DNA from: Erysipelothrix larvae | Lineage (GTDB): Bacteria > Bacillota_I > Bacilli_A > Erysipelotrichales > Erysipelotrichaceae | Direction: 5' to 3' | Length of the DNA: 32,000 nt | NCBI RefSeq assembly: GCF_001545095.1 | Contig: NZ_CP013213.1 | Span: forward strand, 1,590,001-1,622,000 | Shown: positions 16,523-25,028 of the stretch, one piece after another | How the letters are laid out: each line of letters begins with the position of its first letter | How positions within the stretch are numbered: the first letter of the stretch is position 1 | The notes under the pieces: generated by a model | What the model saw: only the letters and a program-made list of their open reading frames with translations | Told to the model about the DNA's origin: nothing | Database searches by the model: none | Position numbers and translations under genes: made by a program

Positions 16523-16879
16523 ATGCGAAACAACCAACGTGTCTATAAAATGGAAGTGAATAAAGTCTACCCACTTTATGTTACCAAAATAGAGAAGAAA
16601 GGGAGGACGCGTGAAGAACTTGATACAGTAATCACTTGGCTCACGGGATATAGTCAAGACGCGCTCCATCGTCAACTTGAAGAAGGCGTTGATTTTGAAA
16701 CCTTCTTTAATGAAGCACCCCATATCAATGATAATGCGCACCTGATCACAGGGGTAATCTGTGGTGTTCGGGTTGAAGAAATTAGTGATCCCCTGATGCA
16801 AAACTTACGCTACATGGATAAACTTGTAGATGAACTTGCGAAAGGGCGTAAAATGGAAAAGATCCTTAGAGGTTCATAA
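16523..16879 (+). CDS. DUF2200 domain protein
   Basis: [29 protein letters not shown] and [14 protein letters not shown] match my recollection of DUF2200. An AAGGAG RBS and an extended -10 TGCTATAAT (16488-16496) lie upstream. Confidence 0.7.
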   Translation: MRNNQRVYKMEVNKVYPLYVTKIEKKGRTREELDTVITWLTGYSQDALHRQLEEGVDFETFFNEAPHINDNAHLITGVICGVRVEEISDPLMQNLRYMDKLVDELAKGRKMEKILRGS

Positions 16880-16880
16880 T

Positions 16881-17798
16881 ATGATAACACCTTATGAGAA
16901 AACGAAAGACTTTGTATATCGTAATGCACGTCCTTTAGATATAGCACGGTGGCGTTATCATTTTGAGTATGGTGCATTGAGTCATGTACTCAAAGGCTTA
17001 TCCCATTATCAAAACGATGATGGGGGTTTTGGGCATGCTTTAGAGCCAGACTCACGGAATCCAAATTCGACACCGATTCAAACATGGCTTGCGGCAGAGA
17101 TTCTTCGAGAAATTAACTTTGATGATGGGTCACATCCCATCATTCAAGGCATCTTGATGTATCTGGATAGTGGACAAGACTTTGACGGGTACTATTGGGC
17201 AAATACGGTTCAGACAAATAACGACTATCCTCATGCTGTATGGTGGCATAATCATCATGGATCAAACAATGATACAGCAAATCCGACTGCGGCTCTTGTT
17301 GGTTTTATTCTAAAATATGCTAACCCACACTCCAGTCTTTATCAAAAAGCAAAAGAGATCGCAATAGAAGTCGTACAATCACTGTTCCAAAACAATGAAG
17401 AAACTGAAATGCATGTCCTTTTGTGTTATATTCGCCTTTATGAGTCCTTAATTGAGTCAAAGACTGTTGGTCTTGTGGATATGGAAGCATTCAAAACAAT
17501 TCTTTTATCCAGTGTTCAAAAAAGCATCACCCATGATACAACGCAATGGGGGGTCGCTTACATCACAAAACCATCACAATTTATTCGGTGTCCGCATAGT
17601 ATTTTCTATCCTCAAAACAAAGATATTATCGATTTCGAATGTAAGTTTATCTTGAATACACAACAGGATGATGGCTCTTGGAATATCCCCTGGCAATGGG
17701 ATGCCTATCCTGAACAGTGGGCAATCAGTAAAAACTGGTGGGCTGTGAACATGTGCATTGAAAATATAAGTCTTTTAAGAAACTTTGATAAACTATAA
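16881..17798 (+). CDS. uncharacterised protein with prenyltransferase/terpenoid-cyclase-like (alpha/alpha toroid) repeat motifs
   Basis: ATG 16881 lies 1 nt after the DUF2200 stop. QNDDGGFGHALEP and QQDDGSWNIPWQWD resemble squalene-oxidase/prenyltransferase repeats. Function is unknown. Confidence 0.5.
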   Translation: MITPYEKTKDFVYRNARPLDIARWRYHFEYGALSHVLKGLSHYQNDDGGFGHALEPDSRNPNSTPIQTWLAAEILREINFDDGSHPIIQGILMYLDSGQDFDGYYWANTVQTNNDYPHAVWWHNHHGSNNDTANPTAALVGFILKYANPHSSLYQKAKEIAIEVVQSLFQNNEETEMHVLLCYIRLYESLIESKTVGLVDMEAFKTILLSSVQKSITHDTTQWGVAYITKPSQFIRCPHSIFYPQNKDIIDFECKFILNTQQDDGSWNIPWQWDAYPEQWAISKNWWAVNMCIENISLLRNFDKL

Positions 17799-17803
17799 TG
17801 ACG

Positions 17804-17835
17804 CACCCAATCTGATCCTTTAGATTGGGTGTTTT
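17804..17835 (+). terminator. intrinsic terminator
   Basis: CACCCAATCT-gatccttt-AGATTGGGTG followed by TTTT. Confidence 0.7.
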
Positions 17836-17840
17836 CATTT

Positions 17841-17868
17841 AAAAAAGAGGACCTTTCGTGATCCTCTT
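17841..17868 (-). terminator. intrinsic terminator of the coiled-coil protein gene
   Basis: Minus-strand RNA reads AAGAGGA-ucacgaaagg-UCCUCUU followed by UUUU. Confidence 0.6.
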
Positions 17869-17883
17869 CATATATAATCAAAA

Positions 17884-18705
17884 TTACTTTTGAACGTAGA
17901 TGCTCGCTGCACCATTCTCTGGGTACATTGCCCATGCATTGGACCCACCATACACGGTTCGAATGATATCAATGACTTGTTGGATATTTCCCCAGTCATC
18001 CGTCCACAAGGGGTCTCCTGTTGTATCCACAACTCTAAAACGAATGTTATAACTTGTTTCACTTCCAATATATACAAGGACATTGTCCGTGATTCCTGGG
18101 ATATTTGCAGCTAAGAGCGCATTACGTGCAGCCTCATAGATTGACTCCTCACCGGATGAATCAGAGTCTCCAATCCCTGGAATATCAACACCTGGTGTAA
18201 TGCCTTCAATGCGTCTTAGAAGCTCTTCTACTTCACGAGTCAACGCGTCAACCGATTGATTTGCGGATGAAAGCTCGCCTTCAAGTCGATTAATTTCTAC
18301 TTGTCCAGCTTCAATTGCTTCAGTTGCCGCTTCAAGTTGTTGGTTTGCGATTTCAAGTTCTGCCCTAACAGACTCAAGATCACGACGTAACTCTTCGATT
18401 GTCAACTCAAGTTGTGCTGCGAGTTCTGAGTTCTCTTCAAGTAAAGTAAGTTTCAACTCATAGAGCTCTGTATAACGTGCATTTAAAGATGCATATTGAC
18501 TGTTAAGCAGTCCAATATGTCCTAGGAGTTGATTTCGATCATTATTTAAGCCATATACCTTATTTACAAGATTTTCTACGGTATCTCGAACACCATCGAT
18601 TCCTTCTTGCCCATCCCATGTTATACCTGAGAATGTTAGTACGCCTACAGCTACTACTCCAATTACTCCTTTTGTCAATATTGATTTTAATCCATTTGTA
18701 AACAT
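17884..18705 (-). CDS. N-terminally membrane-anchored coiled-coil protein, function unknown
   Basis: A TM helix (GVIGVVAVGVLTFSG) is followed by about 120 aa of heptad-like E/L/A/Q-rich sequence (LEIANQQLEAATEAIEAGQVEINRLEGEL). After that come an acidic G/S linker and a C-terminal globular domain of about 90 aa. Confidence 0.7.
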   Translation of the reverse strand: MFTNGLKSILTKGVIGVVAVGVLTFSGITWDGQEGIDGVRDTVENLVNKVYGLNNDRNQLLGHIGLLNSQYASLNARYTELYELKLTLLEENSELAAQLELTIEELRRDLESVRAELEIANQQLEAATEAIEAGQVEINRLEGELSSANQSVDALTREVEELLRRIEGITPGVDIPGIGDSDSSGEESIYEAARNALLAANIPGITDNVLVYIGSETSYNIRFRVVDTTGDPLWTDDWGNIQQVIDIIRTVYGGSNAWAMYPENGAASIYVQK

Positions 18706-18913
18706 AATTTATCACCTCTTCTTCAACTGAGCGATTGCATTTCCTCAATTGCAAACACATTATAGCAACTCACTTTTTTCTTTACTATCACTCTAATTCT
18801 CCTCTAAAGAAAAATAAAGTAACCCTTTGTGTCTTGGTGCCCTAAACAGATAGGGTGATACTCTCCATTAACTATATGATGGTTCTATGACATCAAAACG
18901 ATGTACTGAGTAA

Positions 18914-18961
18914 TACAAAAAAAGACAGGATGTGATTTTATCAAAACACGGTTCCTATCTT
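18914..18961 (-). terminator. intrinsic terminator of the surface protein gene
   Basis: Minus-strand RNA reads AAGAUAGGA-(22 nt)-UCCUGUCUU followed by UUUUUUG. Confidence 0.5.
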
Positions 18962-18969
18962 TTTATAAT

Positions 18970-20031
18970 CTATGATGCTGTATGTTTTTTCTTTCGTTTT
19001 ATCATATAATATCCACCCGCTCCCAATGCCGCGGTTCCACCTAAGAATCCCATAATAGGGCCTAAAACTTTTGGTTTTTCGTACTGTACATCATAGGCTT
19101 TCCCATTCACAACAAATCGAACATATGTCTTATTGTCTTTATCAACCAGTGTAATTGACTCAGTTTTGATTTGATGACCATTTATGACAATTTCTAGACT
19201 GTTAACATTAGGATATCCGACAAATATGTTGTTTTCATTTTTGGATAATGGATTCTTTTCTTGATTCAACTCAATGTTTGGAGTGTTATTAAGTGCTTCT
19301 TGTGATCCTAAAAAATAGCACGGGATTTTCACTGTTTTCTTTTTCTTGTTATTCTCCGAGGTGATGGTGATGACAATTACATTCTCACTAAACAATGCTT
19401 TATCTTTTTCAAACTCCCACATAAATGAAGCGTTGCTATTAGTGGTATCAACACGTAGGTTTAGATCATTCAAAAGATAAAGCGTGTTCGATTCGTCTGA
19501 GATTCTGACTTGATCTATATATATTGCGTCATACGACACATCATTGAGTTGTGCTTGAATCTTTTCTTCTTCGATGCGTTGTGCTTTTAAGCGTTCTTCC
19601 TCAAGGCGTTCTGCTTCGAGTCGCTCTGCTTCAAGGCGTTCTGCCTCGAGTCTCTCTGCTTCAAGGCGTTCTGCTTCAAGTCGCTCTGCTTCAAGGCGTT
19701 CTGCTTCTTTTTGTTTTTGTGCAGCTTGATTGTCAACGGTATTTGTTGTACTTTTTTGTGGTGTGCTTTCTTGTTTACTTGGTTGGCTTGGTTGGCTTTG
19801 TGTTTGACATGGATTATCGTAGCCTAAGCTTCCACCATCTGGATACCACCCCGCATCATGTTTTACTGCATAATGCCAATGGCCATCGCCATGGTTCCCA
19901 TAGGTTGATCCATTGCACGATACAATACTTGCACTCTTGAGTTTGCCTGAAGTTGCGGATACTGGCATACAATTCATAATAAAGATGAACACAAAAATAA
20001 CGCCCCATAATCTTTGTTTGTTTCTTCCCAT
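18970..20031 (-). CDS. secreted, C-terminally membrane-anchored repeat protein
   Basis: A signal peptide (LWGVIFVFIFIMNCMPVSA) is followed by a Cys/His-rich module (GNHGDGHWHYAVKHDAGWYPDG) and a Q/S/P linker. Then come the (EAERL)n coiled coil, a beta-rich region and a C-terminal TM helix plus KRKKK stop-transfer. No LPXTG motif is present. Confidence 0.75.
   Translation of the reverse strand: MGRNKQRLWGVIFVFIFIMNCMPVSATSGKLKSASIVSCNGSTYGNHGDGHWHYAVKHDAGWYPDGGSLGYDNPCQTQSQPSQPSKQESTPQKSTTNTVDNQAAQKQKEAERLEAERLEAERLEAERLEAERLEAERLEAERLEEERLKAQRIEEEKIQAQLNDVSYDAIYIDQVRISDESNTLYLLNDLNLRVDTTNSNASFMWEFEKDKALFSENVIVITITSENNKKKKTVKIPCYFLGSQEALNNTPNIELNQEKNPLSKNENNIFVGYPNVNSLEIVINGHQIKTESITLVDKDNKTYVRFVVNGKAYDVQYEKPKVLGPIMGFLGGTAALGAGGYYMIKRKKKHTAS
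19588..19707 (-). repeat. in-frame 15-bp tandem repeat, 8 units (7 near-identical), encoding EAERL
   Basis: The plus-strand units AAGGCGTTCTGCTTC / GAGTCGCTCTGCTTC alternate, giving an effective 30-bp periodicity. The first unit is degenerate (EEERL). Confidence 0.9.
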
Positions 20032-20285
20032 ATTTTCCTCCCACAGAAATTTATAATGATATTATAGAGGGATTTGTGATGCGTATTTGATAATCATCTT
20101 CACTAAGGTAACCAAAATAACTATTATTTCCACACTATTTTGCAACTTGGTATATAAGTTACTTAAAGTGATGTTATTTCACTAAGTTCTTGAAATAATT
20201 ATACGTTTAATGCATAGACGTTGGATTTGTTTATGTTAATCAAGGTGTCTTTTTAAGCAATCATCGCTTGAAAATTAGATTGAGT

Positions 20286-20309
20286 CAAAAAAAGAGTGAT
20301 TGCTCACTC
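20286..20309 (-). terminator. intrinsic terminator after the FMN reductase gene
   Basis: Minus-strand RNA reads AGAGUGA-gcaa-UCACUCU followed by U7. Confidence 0.7.
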
Positions 20310-20316
20310 TTCAAGG

Positions 20317-20874
20317 TTATTGTGCAAAGGCTACAAATGCTTTTGCGCTTTGATCTAAGAATTCTTTACTGGTGTCATCCAAAACAAGATTTCCGTCTTT
20401 ATCTAGTAAATTATATGCACCGGTAAAGGATGCACGAGGTTGTGGCATGACGCTTGCACCTAAATAACTTAATAATGAACGTAAAAGTTCTTGTGGAACC
20501 ATACCCCCTGATATTCCTGCACTGAAGCTAAACACTAAGATTGGATAATCAAGCACGGGTTTTGGTTGACCTGGTTGTTCTGGTCGTGATAACCAATCAA
20601 GAAGGTTTTTAAGGCTTCCTGGAATTGATAAGTTATATTCTGGCATTGCAATTACAATTGCATCGTATTCCTTCAATTCATCACGAACACGTTTTACAGA
20701 AGCGGGTGTTGGATATTCAATGTCAGCATTATATACTGGAATATCTGCGTATAAGATTTCTGTGAGCTCAACATCTTCACCAAATGATTTTTTGACTTCC
20801 TTCAAAAATTTCTTAGAAATCGCTTTTGATCCTAAGCTTCCTGCAATCCCCGCTACTTTTAATTTTTTTGACAT
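20317..20874 (-). CDS. NADPH-dependent FMN reductase family protein
   Basis: 185 aa. LKVAGIAGSLGS...DAIVIAMPEYNLSIPGSLKNLLDWLS is typical of the FMN_red family. Confidence 0.8.
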   Translation of the reverse strand: MSKKLKVAGIAGSLGSKAISKKFLKEVKKSFGEDVELTEILYADIPVYNADIEYPTPASVKRVRDELKEYDAIVIAMPEYNLSIPGSLKNLLDWLSRPEQPGQPKPVLDYPILVFSFSAGISGGMVPQELLRSLLSYLGASVMPQPRASFTGAYNLLDKDGNLVLDDTSKEFLDQSAKAFVAFAQ

Positions 20875-20920
20875 ACTACAATCGTCCTCCTGATGTCATG
20901 GAAGTATCACAGTGTATCAT

Positions 20921-21328
20921 CTACTTAATTTTATTGACGATATCTTGGATACTTTTTTGTCCCAATTTTTCATTGAAAGCATCATAACTATCTTGCAACG
21001 AACCCTTTATTGCTTCATTCACTTGATTGGCGATTACGCAATCTTCATTGATGTTGCTGTGTAATCCAAAGGCTAAAACCGAATTCAATGCACAATAAAC
21101 ATCATACAAAGAAATGTCTTGCGGATCTTTCGCAAGTTTTGATCCGCCGACGCCCTGTTTGGTTAGAATGAGTCCCCTCTTTTTAAGCAGGCCAATAATA
21201 CGACGTATAACAACACTGCTTGTGTTTACACTGTGCGCAATTTCATCTGATGTTACATAGTCTTTATCACTTAATGATAAGTAGGTTAAGATATGAATTG
21301 CGACTGCAAACTGTTCATTGTTTTTCAT
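20921..21328 (-). CDS. Rrf2-family transcriptional regulator
   Basis: FAVAIHILTYLS...VTSDEIAHSVNTSSVVIRRIIGLLKKRGLILTKQGVGGSKL. The start is taken at MKNNEQ (ATG 21328). Confidence 0.85.
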   Translation of the reverse strand: MKNNEQFAVAIHILTYLSLSDKDYVTSDEIAHSVNTSSVVIRRIIGLLKKRGLILTKQGVGGSKLAKDPQDISLYDVYCALNSVLAFGLHSNINEDCVIANQVNEAIKGSLQDSYDAFNEKLGQKSIQDIVNKIK

Positions 21329-21350
21329 AGGTATTCCTTTCAATGTAACT

Positions 21351-21364
21351 ATTGTAGCTACAAT
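21351..21364. promoter_or_regulatory. perfect 14-bp palindrome, candidate Rrf2 operator
   Basis: ATTGTAGCTACAAT lies 23 nt upstream of the Rrf2 start codon. Confidence 0.4.
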
Positions 21365-21465
21365 GGCATTTATTTCCAAATGAAATGCTCATAAAATATT
21401 TTATAAACGGTTTGATTCGAGCTATAAAAAAGACATGTGTATGTCTTTTTTAAACGCATTTGATG

Positions 21466-22485
21466 TTATTGTATCCTTTTCATACCTTCTTCTAATATTT
21501 TCATTTGAAGAAGCGTTTGATGTGGTGTAATTGTTTGTGGTTTATTTAATAAAATCGCATCCCTGAAATCATCATAGACACAGGCATAATCTCCCACTTC
21601 TGATATCACCTTTTCTTCATGGTAGATGCCGTTTTCGTCATAATAGGTTAAGGTTCCATAATGTTGGACATCATCAACACCAAATCCGCTTTCACCAGGC
21701 ATGTAGAAGAGTTTTAAGTGCTCTTCTTGGCGGTCTTTTGTTTCTTTGATGAATGTACCTTGTGTTCCATAAACTTCGAAGCTTGGGCGTTGTTTGGCCC
21801 GGTAGTAGCTGGAACGGACGGATACTTTAAGGTTTTTATAATTAAGATCAAGGTCAAAGTAATCACTCATGCGACCCGGTCCCAGAAGTTGCTTCACATC
21901 ATAATGAATGGTTTGAGGGTCACCAAAATAACTGAGGACTTGATCGATAGTATGACTTCCATGACCGTATAAGATTGATCCTGAAGGTTCAAATGACTGG
22001 ACACTTTCTGGGATTTCTGGACGGTAGTAGTCAAAATGCATCGCCAGTTCATACACATCGCCAAGGACACCTGATTCAATAACTTTTTGTACGGTGAGAA
22101 AATCACTATCAAAGCGTCTGTTTTGGTATGCTTGAAGGATGACACCCTGTTGATGTGCATATTCAAAGGCTTCTTTAGCTTGTTCTAGGGTTTCCATGAA
22201 CGGTTTTTCCACCATGCAGTGTTTCTTACTTGCTAAAACTTTCATCGCATATTCATAGTGTAAATCATGGCGTGTGCAGACAATCACTGCATCAATTTCA
22301 GGATCATTTAGTACATTATCAAGGTTATCTGTATAATGAACCCCTTCAATTTTGTCCCACTTAAAAGACTTAATTTGATGGTTATAGATTGTCTTTACAC
22401 ACAACGTGTCTTTACGAGTCAGTACATAAGGTAAATGATAGCGATTGGTACTTTTACCATTTCCGATAAATGCGAGTGTTAGCAT
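21466..22485 (-). CDS. Gfo/Idh/MocA-family oxidoreductase
   Basis: N-terminal Rossmann motif LAFIGNGKSTNRYHLPY and MVEKPF motif; 339 aa. Confidence 0.85.
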   Translation of the reverse strand: MLTLAFIGNGKSTNRYHLPYVLTRKDTLCVKTIYNHQIKSFKWDKIEGVHYTDNLDNVLNDPEIDAVIVCTRHDLHYEYAMKVLASKKHCMVEKPFMETLEQAKEAFEYAHQQGVILQAYQNRRFDSDFLTVQKVIESGVLGDVYELAMHFDYYRPEIPESVQSFEPSGSILYGHGSHTIDQVLSYFGDPQTIHYDVKQLLGPGRMSDYFDLDLNYKNLKVSVRSSYYRAKQRPSFEVYGTQGTFIKETKDRQEEHLKLFYMPGESGFGVDDVQHYGTLTYYDENGIYHEEKVISEVGDYACVYDDFRDAILLNKPQTITPHQTLLQMKILEEGMKRIQ

Positions 22486-22497
22486 GCGTGTCTCCTT

Positions 22498-23043
22498 TTA
22501 TGATGTTTTTTCTACGATAAACGTGTGATGGCGGTGTTGGGTGAGGATATCATCTTTGCCATTAAGATAAGCAACCACTTCCTCATTGGATAAGATAACG
22601 GGCATTCGATCATGCATCCATGCGAGGGTATCTTGACAAGGCTCTGTAAGAATAATGACCTTATGCTCACCTTTTTCTTCTTTAAGGATTCCTGCAAGAT
22701 AAATAAGCGGTGCTTCTATTGAAATTTGATACTTTTGATTTATGGATTCTTCGCGTTTCCATTCAAAATACGAAGAAGCCATCACAACACAGCGTTTGGT
22801 TTTAAACTCTTGTTTAAAGAAGGGTTTCTCTGCAATTGTTTCAATGCGGGCATTGATTAACATTGACTTGGACCATTCGGGTTTGACACCCCACTTCATT
22901 GCAAGGGGTGCTTCTCGTGTTTGGATTGCTAATGTATCCCCTGGGAAGACTTCTCCCAGCTTCACTTTTTCAAATTCATAAGGGTCCATGTATCGTTCTA
23001 AGCGTTCTTCGGTTTCTTTACTGATAAAGACGCGTCCACACAT
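22498..23043 (-). CDS. SOS-response-associated peptidase (SRAP / YedK-like abasic-site sensor)
   Basis: The start is taken at MCGRVF (catalytic Cys2, ATG 23043). INARIETI, SSYFEWK and a late HDRMPVIL motif are present. Confidence 0.85.
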   Translation of the reverse strand: MCGRVFISKETEERLERYMDPYEFEKVKLGEVFPGDTLAIQTREAPLAMKWGVKPEWSKSMLINARIETIAEKPFFKQEFKTKRCVVMASSYFEWKREESINQKYQISIEAPLIYLAGILKEEKGEHKVIILTEPCQDTLAWMHDRMPVILSNEEVVAYLNGKDDILTQHRHHTFIVEKTS

Positions 23044-23161
23044 AGGATTCACCACCGTTTCTACTCTAATAATATACCATGAATTCCAGCGCTTTTCTTT
23101 GTCTTCACCCAATAAAAAACAAACACCTTAGCGATTTGATGCTAACGTGTTTGTTTGTGCT

Positions 23162-25027
23162 TTACATTCCTTGAATCAAGGGTTCGTTTACGTCTTGCGC
23201 AAATTCAACACTTTCATGGAATTGATTAGTGTAAAGTAAGTAATACCGTCCTTTTTGCTTCATCAGTTCTTGATGAGATCCATCTTCTAAGATGCGTCCT
23301 TTATCAATGACTAAGATGCGATCACAATTCACAATCGTAGATAATCGATGGGCAACAATAAAACTTGTCTTCCCTTCCATAAGGCCTTCAATGGCGTCTT
23401 GAATGATCATTTCTGTTTCCGTATCAATGGATGAAGTTGCTTCATCAAGGACAAAGATGGATGGATTTGAAAGGACCGCACGTGCGAAGGAAATGAGTTG
23501 CTTTTGACCCGTTGATAAGCGGCCGCCACCTTCACCAACTTCACTGTCAAACCCTTTATCCATACTCATGATGAAATCATAAGCATGAACGGTTTTCGCA
23601 GCGTCTATAATTTCTTCACGCGTTGCATCAAGGCGGCCAAAACGAATGTTTTCATAGATACTTCCAGAGAATAGATGGGGTGCTTGAAGCACATATCCAA
23701 TCTTTGAATGCAACCATCCAATGGAACGTTCACGGTAATCTTTACCATCAAAAAGGACTTCGCCAGATACCGGTTCATAGAATCGGCATAAAAGGTTTAC
23801 TAAGGTGCTCTTTCCACTTCCTGTTTCACCTACTAAGGCAATACTTTGTCCAGCTTTTACACTGAGGTTAAAGTGTGTTAAGACCGGCTCATCAGGGTTA
23901 TAGTGGAAGGTTACATCTTTAAACTCAACATCACCTACAATGGGTTCATAGGCTTCTTCTTTAGGATTGAGAAGGGTTCCATATTTTTCAATGACTGCTT
24001 CTGAATCAACCAATGTGCTTTCAGTATTCAATAAGGATATAACGCGTTCTGCACTGGCTTGTGCCATTTGAATTTCCGCAAGCCATCCAGAAAGCATAAA
24101 GACTGGATCCATAAATTGACGTGCGTATTGTAAGAACATCACTAAGGTTCCAAATTGAATGGCATTCATAAGGGCTTGTTGGCCCCCTTGCCATAGCAGT
24201 AATGCTGTACTGATGGATCCTAAACTGAGGATAATTGGGAAAAAGAGTGCATTGAAATAGGCAGCTTTCACAGATTTTGTGCGCATGTTCCCTGTAAGTT
24301 TTCTAAAAGATTCATCATGACTTTGTTCAAGACTGAGTGTTTTGGTCGTTTTTGCTCCCGATATCCCTTCAGAGAACCCACTGGTAATTTGTGAGTTAAT
24401 CTTTCGAACATCACGGTATTGCACTAAGATTTTTCGTTGAAACCAAAGGGCAATTACAAGCATCACTGGGAAGACAGCAAGGGCCATCAGACCCAATTTC
24501 CAGTTGATACTCAACATCACAATCCCCACTAAGGTAATCATGATGATGCCATAAAAGATATCCAAAAGTCCCCAAGATACAATTTCTGCCAAGCGTGAGA
24601 TATCACTGGTCATACGCGCAATAATCCATCCCGATGGTGTTTTATCAAAGTATGAGAATGGCAGGGTTTGCAGTTTCTCAAAAGCCAGTTTACGAATGTC
24701 ATAAGAAAAGGCGTTTTCGATTTTACCACCCATACGAATAAACCCATATACACCAATGGTAATTGCGACAATCAAACTCACATATAGCAGTGCAAAGACT
24801 TGCAACGACATTCCTGTATGGTCCCCTTCAACCATAACAAAGTTATTAATCGCATATTGGTTCATCATTGGAAAGACGACATCACAGATTGTGACGACGA
24901 TGTTGAATCCAATGAGTCCATAGACAAATTTCTTGTGTTTAAATAAAAGTTTAAAGATTTGTTTCCACAGCGTGATGTCTATTTTTTTGGATTCAAATTC
25001 TTCTTCTTTGAATTGATTTTCTTGCAT
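23162..25027 (-). CDS. ABC exporter, fused permease/ATPase, canonical half of a heterodimer
   Basis: Six-TM domain, then Walker A GETGSGKST, signature LSTGQKQL and Walker B IFVLDEATSSID with the catalytic Glu. ATG 25027 follows a GGAGAGGAGG RBS, 1 nt after the upstream stop. Confidence 0.9.
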   Translation of the reverse strand: MQENQFKEEEFESKKIDITLWKQIFKLLFKHKKFVYGLIGFNIVVTICDVVFPMMNQYAINNFVMVEGDHTGMSLQVFALLYVSLIVAITIGVYGFIRMGGKIENAFSYDIRKLAFEKLQTLPFSYFDKTPSGWIIARMTSDISRLAEIVSWGLLDIFYGIIMITLVGIVMLSINWKLGLMALAVFPVMLVIALWFQRKILVQYRDVRKINSQITSGFSEGISGAKTTKTLSLEQSHDESFRKLTGNMRTKSVKAAYFNALFFPIILSLGSISTALLLWQGGQQALMNAIQFGTLVMFLQYARQFMDPVFMLSGWLAEIQMAQASAERVISLLNTESTLVDSEAVIEKYGTLLNPKEEAYEPIVGDVEFKDVTFHYNPDEPVLTHFNLSVKAGQSIALVGETGSGKSTLVNLLCRFYEPVSGEVLFDGKDYRERSIGWLHSKIGYVLQAPHLFSGSIYENIRFGRLDATREEIIDAAKTVHAYDFIMSMDKGFDSEVGEGGGRLSTGQKQLISFARAVLSNPSIFVLDEATSSIDTETEMIIQDAIEGLMEGKTSFIVAHRLSTIVNCDRILVIDKGRILEDGSHQELMKQKGRYYLLYTNQFHESVEFAQDVNEPLIQGM

Positions 25028-25028
25028 G

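Noticed and set aside
16490-16801. 103-aa minus-strand ORF
   Set aside because: It is antisense to the DUF2200 gene, which has an RBS, a promoter and family motifs. The minus ORF has none of these.
19588-19707. Regular short repeats considered as a CRISPR-like array
   Set aside because: The units are contiguous 15-mers with no spacers. They lie in frame inside a long ORF and encode EAERL, so this is a coding tandem repeat.
19551-19940. 129-aa plus-strand ORF
   Set aside because: It is the antisense translation of the EAERL repeat (LLQGVLL repeats), has no RBS, and lies entirely inside a better supported gene.
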